This document shows positions 56,903-64,000 of a stretch of DNA of 64,000 nt, one piece after another. The DNA is from Patescibacteria group bacterium (GTDB lineage: Bacteria; Patescibacteriota; Microgenomatia; UBA12405): assembly GCA_018902845.1 (NCBI GenBank), contig JAHIPV010000020.1:10810-74809 (forward strand). Reading direction: 5' to 3'. Under the pieces are notes generated by a model. That model was not told the DNA's origin. It saw only the letters and a program-made list of their open reading frames with translations, and made no database searches. Positions within the stretch are counted from its first letter, which is position 1, and every line of letters starts with the position of its first letter. The position numbers and the translations under genes were made by a program.

Positions 56903-58070
56903 AGATTTGTTGATAAATACGCTTGGTTCTTTTTTTCCAGTCCCAGGTATGGATTATAAGATCGTAGGCGTCTTTAGATGTTTTTTTGTAGAGAGTTGGA
57001 TTATCCAGTAATTTTATTATGTTTTGGGCGAATTTATCCAGGTCGTATTTTGGGGTTTTTAATATGCCTTTGGGGTAATAGGTTTTTAGCGATTCCAGGT
57101 CAAAAGAAACTGCCGGTAATTTGTATGCCATACCTTGAGCGGCTGACATTCCCCCGCTATCAAAAGTGGCCGGATGGAGAATCATTTTGCTTTGTTTGAA
57201 AATATTTTGTGTTTGGGTATTTTCTTTGAAGCCAGTAAGAATAATATTATTTTTTAGACCAAGTTTTTTTATCTTGTTTTTTACCTTATTCATTAATTCT
57301 CCATCGCCTATCATGACCAGTTTGGCATTTGGTTTTTGGGCAACGACTTTTTTCCAAATATCTATTAACTCTAAAACTCCTTTTTGAAAATGGAATCTGC
57401 CCATGAAACAGGCGTCGTATTGAGGTTTCTCCCTTCGGGTGACTTGGGCTTTGCATGTGATTGAATTTGGAATATCAACTCCTCCCTGGACAATTATGAC
57501 CTTTTTGTGGGGGAATTTTTTTGTGTCGGGTTTTGAAGTGACCAAAACAAAATCAGCCCATTTTTTGACTATAAACAAACTTGGTTGTTGCATTGTCCAG
57601 TAGAGAATACCTTTGATTTTATTAATACCCTTGTATGGAGAAGAGTGTGAAAAAGGAGGAGGGGCGAGGAGATAATATCCGGCTATCCATTTTATCTTGG
57701 GATTGATTAATTTGGAGTAAAAAGCAGGCAGTAAATCGGGATAAAAGTCTGAGGCTGAGTAAATAAAGTGGCTATTATTGATAATATTGCCGTGCTTTTG
57801 TGCAGTTTTTAATCCTTTGATTGTTCTTCTGACAGTATGTTTTAGTATATTGAATGTTGAAAAATGGTTCGGATTAGTATTTTTTGTATCTGTTTTGATT
57901 ATTTTTATGTTTGATAATTGATGGCGATTAAAAATATTAATAGTTTCTTGGCTGGCCAGAACAGTAATTTTTAGTTTTTTTTGCCAGTGTTTGATGAAGT
58001 TGATAAGTATAGTATCGCCGCCGCTAAGACCGTTGCCGAGGTTGTTGTTGGCTATGATTAATAGATTCAT
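56892..58070 (-). CDS. GT4 glycosyltransferase
   Basis: SGGD, GRFHFQKG, DSGGMSAAQGMA. Confidence 0.85.
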   Translation of the reverse strand: MNLLIIANNNLGNGLSGGDTILINFIKHWQKKLKITVLASQETINIFNRHQLSNIKIIKTDTKNTNPNHFSTFNILKHTVRRTIKGLKTAQKHGNIINNSHFIYSASDFYPDLLPAFYSKLINPKIKWIAGYYLLAPPPFSHSSPYKGINKIKGILYWTMQQPSLFIVKKWADFVLVTSKPDTKKFPHKKVIIVQGGVDIPNSITCKAQVTRREKPQYDACFMGRFHFQKGVLELIDIWKKVVAQKPNAKLVMIGDGELMNKVKNKIKKLGLKNNIILTGFKENTQTQNIFKQSKMILHPATFDSGGMSAAQGMAYKLPAVSFDLESLKTYYPKGILKTPKYDLDKFAQNIIKLLDNPTLYKKTSKDAYDLIIHTWDWKKRTKRIYQQIFTA

Positions 58071-58076
58071 GGTTAC

Positions 58077-58124
58077 TGGACAATTAGATAACTGGATTAC
58101 TAGATTACTGGATAACTAGATAAA
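58077..58124 (+). repeat. Tandem array of six 8-mers in divergent intergenic region
   Basis: TGGACAAT TAGATAAC TGGATTAC TAGATTAC TGGATAAC TAGATAAA. Confidence 0.9.
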
Positions 58125-58150
58125 GAATAATTTGTATTAAGATATTATAA

Positions 58151-58807
58151 ATGGTTAAAGTTAATCTTGGTTGTGGGCCTAGTGGAATAGAGGGGTGGTT
58201 GAATTATGATTGGGGGATTTTACCGTTGTTATCCAAATTTACAGGTTTTAGAAAATGGCTAGTGGGTTTAGGATTACTTCCGAGGGATTATGATATTGGT
58301 TGGCCAAAATTAAGGCTTTGGGATATAAGATGGAGGTTACCGTTAAAAAATAATAGTGTGGATTTTATTTATTGTTCGCATGTATTGGAGCATGTGGAGT
58401 ATTGGCAAAGTAAAAATATTTTAAAGGAGTGTAGGAGAGTTTTGAAAAGAAATGGTGTTTTGAGAATAGTGTTACCGGATATGGGGTTGATTGTTAAAAA
58501 ATATTTCTCCGATGGTCCGATGAATCGGACAGCGGAGTGCCTGCGGCAAAAAGAGTTTAATATGAATGTTTTTGGGGTTGATAGGAGTAAATTTAATGAT
58601 GGGTTTTTGAGCAAATTGCAAAAATTTTTTATTCGGGAACACAGGTGGATGTACGATGAAAAGGATATGGTGTTTTTGTTAAAAAAGGCGGGTTTTAGAA
58701 AAATAAAAAAATGTAGTTTTAGAAAAGGGAAAATGGCCGATATTGATAAGTTGGATTTAAAAATACATAAGGAACTGAGTATGTATTTTGAAGTGGAAAA
58801 GATATGA
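58151..58807 (+). CDS. Methyltransferase (Methyltransf_11-like) with in-frame repeat insertion
   Basis: NLGCG, SHVLEH, LRIVLPD, H.WMYD; insert SDGPMNRTAECLRQ (58507-58548). Confidence 0.85.
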   Translation: MVKVNLGCGPSGIEGWLNYDWGILPLLSKFTGFRKWLVGLGLLPRDYDIGWPKLRLWDIRWRLPLKNNSVDFIYCSHVLEHVEYWQSKNILKECRRVLKRNGVLRIVLPDMGLIVKKYFSDGPMNRTAECLRQKEFNMNVFGVDRSKFNDGFLSKLQKFFIREHRWMYDEKDMVFLLKKAGFRKIKKCSFRKGKMADIDKLDLKIHKELSMYFEVEKI

Positions 58808-60384
58808 AAACTTTACTTGTATGTGTTGGTAGTTTTTATTCTCATAGATATGAGAAGTTTAAGCATTATATATCTCCTTTGGGTATTTCTTCAATCAGTG
58901 CTTATTTAAAGGCCAATGGAATGGATTGTTATTTAATTGACATGAAGTTGCTTTCGGGTTGGAAAGAGTTTGGAGAAAAAGTACTGGCCATATCTCCAGA
59001 TGTTGTTGGTTTGTCGTTGATGACAAGTGAAATGGGCAATACTGCCGGAGTGATAAATTTTATTAAAAAAATAAGGCCGAAAGCTAGAATTATAGTTGGT
59101 GGGCCTCATGTTACGGTTTTACCAAAAGAAACAGTTAGCATGTCAGGTGTTGATGTCGGAGTAATTGGAGAGGGCGAAGTTACATTTTTGGATTTGTTGA
59201 GATGTTTTGAGAAGAATGGAAAACTAAACTTTGTTAATGGGATTGTTTTTAAGTTAAAGGATAAAATAGTTTTTACTAAAGCACGTCAATATATCAGGAA
59301 TCTTGATAAATTGCCTTTTGTTGATCGAAACATTATCGGATCAGAAGGTTGGTATTCCAAGGCTTATGGTTTGTTTTTTCCTATGAGATATCCATTTGCA
59401 AATGTTATTGTGAGTCGTGGCTGTCCGGGGAGGTGTACTATGTGTCAGCCAACTTTGGATTTAATTTTTGGTAGACCGGCCAGATTTAGAAGTCCTGAGA
59501 ATGTTGTTGGTGAAATCAGAGAGTTGATTGAAAAATACAAGATTAAAAGTATTATCTTTTGGGACGATACTCTGACTGCTAATGTAAAGTGGCTTGAAAA
59601 GTTTAGTAATTTACTTATTAGAAAAAAAATCAATATAGATTGGTGGTGTTATTCCAGAGTTAACAATATAAATGACGATATTTTGGAGATAATGAAAAGG
59701 TCCGGGTGTAAAATGATATGTTTTGGTGTTGAGTCCGGGTGTCAACGGATATTAAATGAAGTGATGAGAAAAGGTACGACTGTGAAGCAAAATATTAAAG
59801 CTGTGAGTCTTTGTCGTAAACATGGAATTTTGGTGAATGCCAATGTAATGATAGGTTCACCGACTGAGACTTTAAAGGAGGTTAAGATGACTGATGCTTT
59901 ATTAAAAATAACTAAACCGGATATTGTTTGGGCTTCTGTAACTTCGCCTTTGCCCGGAACATATTTAGAGGAAGATGCCAGAAAAAAAGGCCTAATTATT
60001 ACAAAAAAGTGGGGAGATTTTACCAGAGGGCAGATTGGAAAAACCAAGTTGAAGTTGAAAATTAGTCTTGATGAGATGGTTAAATATCAAACGCGTTGGC
60101 ATCAAACAAGATTTAAACCAATATATATTTTTAGAAAGTATTATCTAGTTGCCTGTTTACGGCTTTTTTTGTGTCATATCAAGCAATTTCATTTTGAAAG
60201 GATTTTTTTGGATTTTTTAGTTGGGCCGATTATTGAGTTTGGACGCAGGATTTATTGGCGATATTATTTTAGATTTAAGACTAGACTACATAAGTCCGGC
60301 GTGTTTGTAGACGAGAGTGAAGAGATAGTAGTCCAGGGGGAAATCAAAAAATTTGAATTTCCAGCGGAGTTTTACCGGGATTAG
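58804..60384 (+). CDS. B12-binding radical SAM protein
   Basis: PLG, GGPH, GEGE, SRGCPGRCTMC, GVESG, PLPGT. Confidence 0.9.
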   Translation: MKTLLVCVGSFYSHRYEKFKHYISPLGISSISAYLKANGMDCYLIDMKLLSGWKEFGEKVLAISPDVVGLSLMTSEMGNTAGVINFIKKIRPKARIIVGGPHVTVLPKETVSMSGVDVGVIGEGEVTFLDLLRCFEKNGKLNFVNGIVFKLKDKIVFTKARQYIRNLDKLPFVDRNIIGSEGWYSKAYGLFFPMRYPFANVIVSRGCPGRCTMCQPTLDLIFGRPARFRSPENVVGEIRELIEKYKIKSIIFWDDTLTANVKWLEKFSNLLIRKKINIDWWCYSRVNNINDDILEIMKRSGCKMICFGVESGCQRILNEVMRKGTTVKQNIKAVSLCRKHGILVNANVMIGSPTETLKEVKMTDALLKITKPDIVWASVTSPLPGTYLEEDARKKGLIITKKWGDFTRGQIGKTKLKLKISLDEMVKYQTRWHQTRFKPIYIFRKYYLVACLRLFLCHIKQFHFERIFLDFLVGPIIEFGRRIYWRYYFRFKTRLHKSGVFVDESEEIVVQGEIKKFEFPAEFYRD

Positions 60385-61827
60385 GGCCAGTTTGTAAGTG
60401 ATTTTGAAAAGGAGTTGGTAGAATTTTGATGGAATTCTTTTTTGCAGGAGATCGTAAGTATCTTTGTCCATGAGGCCAAAAATATATTGGGTCAACATAG
60501 CTGTTAACCTGCTTTGTTTATGCGTAATCCATTTTTGCTTATTAGTTATTTTAAAGGCATCTTCGGGAGACATAAGATAAGTACTCCAGCTTTTGAGATT
60601 TTTTGGATATTTTAGGCCTAGTTTAACTGCTCTTTTGAAAAGTGGAGCTCCGGGGTAGGGTAAGAAAACATAGTAAGTGTAGCGGTTTCTGTCACAAATT
60701 TTTAATAATTTATCTATTAAAGAAAGTGTGGTGGCGTATTCTTGTTTTACAAATTTTTTATTTTCTATCGCCTTTTTTGACCATGGCAGGCCAACTAAAA
60801 ATGAATAAAGAATTTTGATTTTGTATTTTTTGCAAAGACGAGTAAATTTTATTATTTCTTTTACATCCATGTCTTTTTTTATAAAATCAAGGGCTTTTTG
60901 AGAGCCGGATTCGGCTCCGGTTAAAATCATGACACAGCCGGTTTTTTTCATTAGTTTCCAGACTTTTTCTTTATATTGACTGAGTTGTCTGATCCTGCCG
61001 TTGGCATTTCCCCATTTTATGGAGATTTTATTTGTCAATAAGCCTTGGCAGATTTTGTAAACTCGGTTTTGATCGACAAAAAAGTTGCTGTCATAAACGG
61101 CAATGGAGTCAATCTGGTATCTTTTGTAAAGATATTGCCATTCTTTAACCACTTTTGTAGCGTTTAGGGCTGACCAGCGTCTTTTGTTGACTACTTGTTC
61201 TACGCAAAAACTACAGCGATGAGGACAGCCGTAACTTGAGATGTAGCTAAGTGTTCTTTTGCCGTATTCAGTGTTAATAAGACATTTTTCTATGTCTACC
61301 AAGTGGTAAGGCAGTGGCGGAAGTTTGTTTAAATTTGGCATGGGTTGATCGGGATTGGTATGAATGATATTGGCCTTTTTATAGGTAAGACCGGAGATGG
61401 TTGTCAAACTTTTTTTATTTTCCAGAGCAAAGACAAGTTTTGGGAAAACCTCGTCGGCGGGACCTCTTATAATCATGTCAACGAATTTATTTTTTATGCT
61501 TTCTATCGGTAGAATGGAAACATGCCAGCCGCCCCAGACTATTGGGGTTTTGGGAAAATGTTTTTTAAAAAGTTTGGCTATTTTTAGACCATCGTATATT
61601 TGAAAGCCGGTCATAGCAGAAATACCCAGACAAATGCTGTTTTGGCCGTGTTTGATTATTTCTTTTTCTAGGTTATTTTGTAAAAATCTTGAAAAGATTT
61701 TGACTTGATAACCTTTTTTGTCTAATACTCTGGAAATGGCCAGTAGGGACAGGGGGATGCCTTTCCATGAGCGGTTGTATGGAAGTGGGTTGGGGAAATA
61801 AAGAATGACTTTTTTAGTTTTTTTCAT
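60286..61827 (-). CDS. B12-binding radical SAM protein
   Basis: PLSLL, WGGWH, SYGCPHRCSFC, DSNFF, GAESG, PYPG. Confidence 0.9.
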   Translation of the reverse strand: MKKTKKVILYFPNPLPYNRSWKGIPLSLLAISRVLDKKGYQVKIFSRFLQNNLEKEIIKHGQNSICLGISAMTGFQIYDGLKIAKLFKKHFPKTPIVWGGWHVSILPIESIKNKFVDMIIRGPADEVFPKLVFALENKKSLTTISGLTYKKANIIHTNPDQPMPNLNKLPPLPYHLVDIEKCLINTEYGKRTLSYISSYGCPHRCSFCVEQVVNKRRWSALNATKVVKEWQYLYKRYQIDSIAVYDSNFFVDQNRVYKICQGLLTNKISIKWGNANGRIRQLSQYKEKVWKLMKKTGCVMILTGAESGSQKALDFIKKDMDVKEIIKFTRLCKKYKIKILYSFLVGLPWSKKAIENKKFVKQEYATTLSLIDKLLKICDRNRYTYYVFLPYPGAPLFKRAVKLGLKYPKNLKSWSTYLMSPEDAFKITNKQKWITHKQSRLTAMLTQYIFGLMDKDTYDLLQKRIPSKFYQLLFKITYKLALIPVKLRWKFKFFDFPLDYYLFTLVYKHAGLM

Positions 61828-61843
61828 GATGTGAGATGAAGTG

Positions 61844-61928
61844 CGTCATTCTGATCCGCCAGTTGGCGGAGAAGAATCCCAAGGGGAATTTGGTTCCGAG
61901 GGGATCCTTCGTTGCACTCAGGATGACG
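61844..61928. repeat. CGTC-type REP doublet (intergenic) with nested TCCGCCAGTTGGCGGA
   Basis: CGTCATTCTGA ... TCAGGATGACG. Confidence 0.88.
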
Positions 61929-61949
61929 GCGGATGGGCGATTGTAAAGG

Positions 61950-63104
61950 TTAATAATAGGTGTTTTCGATGGTTTGGGCATTTTTTATACTAAAATTATT
62001 TTTGGCGTATTTAAGGCAGTTTTTGGTTAGTTTTTTTAGTTGGTTTGGATTTTTATAAAAGAAACTTAATTCTTGTTTGAAATTTTTTAATGTAGGTGGA
62101 ATAATTTTGCCGACTTTATTATTAATTACATCAGGGATGGCCCCTTTGTTTGAAGCCAGGACCGGAGTACCGCAGAACAAAGATTCTATCGCCACTTTAC
62201 CAAAAGCTTCGTTATAAAGGGAAGGAAAAAGGAGAAGATCGGCCGATGAGTAGTAAAGGCTGAGTTTTTTGGGATTGATTTTTCCGGCGTAAAAAGTAAT
62301 GTTGGGAAACTTAATTGCTTTTTTTTCTAATTTTTCTTTTAATGGTCCGTGGTCGCCGATAACAATAAAGTGGATGTTGGGAAAGATAGAAATTAGTTTG
62401 ATAATTATTTTGATTCCTTTAATTGGGATAAGACGGCCGACAAAAATGGCGGTGAATTTGTTGGGAAGGTTTAGTATTTGACGGGCTTTGGACTTTGGAT
62501 GAGCTTTGAATTTTGTGTCATCAACCCAAAGGTAGTAAGTAGAGATCTTGTTGTTGTCGATTCCAATTTTAATCAGTTCTTTGGTTGAGGGTTGGGCTAG
62601 GGCCAAAATTTTGTCAAAAGAAGACAGAGTAAAAGAAGTTATTTTTGAGAATAATGAGGACTTTTGGAAGTTATAGATTGCGTAGGTGGAAGCGACAGTG
62701 CGAATTTTGAATATTTTTTTTAAGAGCATGGTAACAAAAGAGGCGTTTAGACCATGGGCATGAATAAGATCAAATCTCTGTTTTGTAAATATTAAAAAAA
62801 TGAAAGAACGTAAAAAAAGATATGGAGTCAGATAAAGAAATTCCAGAAACGGATATGGTTCCAGTTTGTGAAAAAGATTATGGCCCGGCCAACAAAAGCG
62901 ATGGATGGTGATGCGTTGTTTTTTTTCAAAACGAGGGGCGGGTGTGTTGATGGTTAACGGAGTAAAGGTAAGAACAGTAATTTGGTGACCATTCTTACTT
63001 AGATAGTTACATAAATCATCGAGATGGTTTTCTACTCCGCCTATATTAGGTTTGAAGAAAGGGGTGATCATTAATATTTTTTTTGGTTTTTTTATTGTTG
63101 CCAT
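61950..63104 (-). CDS. GT4 glycosyltransferase
   Basis: PNIGGVE, GRLIPIKG, EAFGKVAIES; start set at ATG 63104. Confidence 0.88.
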   Translation of the reverse strand: MATIKKPKKILMITPFFKPNIGGVENHLDDLCNYLSKNGHQITVLTFTPLTINTPAPRFEKKQRITIHRFCWPGHNLFHKLEPYPFLEFLYLTPYLFLRSFIFLIFTKQRFDLIHAHGLNASFVTMLLKKIFKIRTVASTYAIYNFQKSSLFSKITSFTLSSFDKILALAQPSTKELIKIGIDNNKISTYYLWVDDTKFKAHPKSKARQILNLPNKFTAIFVGRLIPIKGIKIIIKLISIFPNIHFIVIGDHGPLKEKLEKKAIKFPNITFYAGKINPKKLSLYYSSADLLLFPSLYNEAFGKVAIESLFCGTPVLASNKGAIPDVINNKVGKIIPPTLKNFKQELSFFYKNPNQLKKLTKNCLKYAKNNFSIKNAQTIENTYY

Positions 63105-64000
63105 TTGGTGCGTGAAATTGGTTTTAATAATTTTAGGTGATATTTTATTGTTGTTAAGGAATAAGCAAAAAAAGAAATGAAACAGGCTAGTGGGTGAAAA
63201 AACCAAGCAGGATCCGGTTTTTTAAAATAGCCACGAAAAGAATCGATTATGGGGGGAAAGATAGTAAGAGTGTAGAGGGAGAATTTGATGATGCCGATGC
63301 GGTTAGTTTTTGACCAGTTGAATTGACGGATTGGTAGATAAGTGTAGTAATCAGTAAGACGGCGGAATTGTTTGCGGATAAATTTTGAAATTGATGATTC
63401 ACAATAAGAATGGATGATGCCGGTTTTGACTTTGGCAAAGTATAAGGGTTTTTGAGTTTTTTGTAGAATGGAAGAAATTAGATCGATGTCGAAGAAGTAA
63501 TTTGAAGGAGATCCTTCGACAGGCTCAGGATGACGGTGGAGGAAGGAAGAGCGAAGAATAGTTCCGTTGGCGCCGATGGTGGGAAGGGTGGAGTTTGGTT
63601 TTAGAGTAATTTTTATATATTGATCTTTATCTATTTGATCTATTTTTAGGCCAGTCCAAGTATTGGTTAAATATGAGAAGCGGTCATAGACCTTCGTAAC
63701 AAAAGCATAGGGGTCGTTGGCGCCGATTAATGCAGAGTAGCGTTCGATAAAGCCACCTGATTTGCGATAAGTAAATTTTATTGGTTCAGAGCCAATTAGA
63801 GAGGAGTCTTTTTCTAATGGTTTAATCATTTTTTTGAGCCAAGATTTGTTTGGTAAGATATTGTCTGAATCAATTAGGACAATATAGCGGTTTTTGGCCT
63901 TTTTTATGCCGATTGCTTTGGCGGACTCTCCCGTTTTTAGAGGGTTTTTGAAAATTTTGCATTTGTATCCTTTGGCGATTTTGATGGTTTTGTCGGTTGA
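63092..64000 (-). CDS. GT2 glycosyltransferase, 5' end beyond window edge; in-frame REP unit at 63508-63535
   Basis: Frame open to window end: STDKTIKIA...LIDSDN; GANG, FFDID; insert RHPEPVEGS. Confidence 0.8.
   Translation of the reverse strand, partial: STDKTIKIAKGYKCKIFKNPLKTGESAKAIGIKKAKNRYIVLIDSDNILPNKSWLKKMIKPLEKDSSLIGSEPIKFTYRKSGGFIERYSALIGANDPYAFVTKVYDRFSYLTNTWTGLKIDQIDKDQYIKITLKPNSTLPTIGANGTILRSSFLHRHPEPVEGSPSNYFFDIDLISSILQKTQKPLYFAKVKTGIIHSYCESSISKFIRKQFRRLTDYYTYLPIRQFNWSKTNRIGIIKFSLYTLTIFPPIIDSFRGYFKKPDPAWFFHPLACFISFFAYSLTTIKYHLKLLKPISRTKWQQ

Noticed and set aside
55192-57387. Numerous 60-200 aa antisense or alternate-frame ORFs here and throughout the track
   Set aside because: Overlap well-supported genes and have no recognisable motifs; consistent with shadow ORFs
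1064-63535. Palindromes as integron attC sites or IS ends
   Set aside because: No RYYYAAC/GTTRRRY boxes seen, many lie inside genes, and no integrase or transposase is in the window

Overview
AT-rich bacterial window, most consistent with Patescibacteria/CPR (Microgenomates-like; inferred from gene families, leaderless-type promoters and repeat types, not proven). The backbone is a ~64-kb surface-glycan locus: many GT2/GT4/GT-C glycosyltransferases, an O-antigen ligase-like protein, Wzm/Wzt, a CDP-3,6-dideoxy/branched-sugar pathway (rfbF, rfbG-like, rfbH, ThDP enzyme, C-methyltransferase, NeuB-cupin fusion), a TMTC-like TPR glycosyltransferase and four B12-dependent radical SAM enzymes. Scattered through it are self-contained conflict-type modules, many with their own promoter and inverted-repeat operator (AbiE TA, three ATPase/nuclease-type proteins, two Fic proteins, a putative small TA pair). 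Top candidates for undescribed biology: (1) two tandem NYN RNase paralogues, each paired with a convergently promoted ~60-70 nt structured RNA overlapping its stop codon; (2) a three-gene module with a caspase/gingipain-like His-Cys protease and two small, apparently related proteins; (3) REP-like palindromes of several families inserted in frame into at least eight genes, with strand-biased orientation; (4) dispersed 8-mer tandem arrays at accessory gene boundaries. No rRNA, tRNA, CRISPR array or transposase was recognised. All calls are from reading the sequence by eye; no searches were run.
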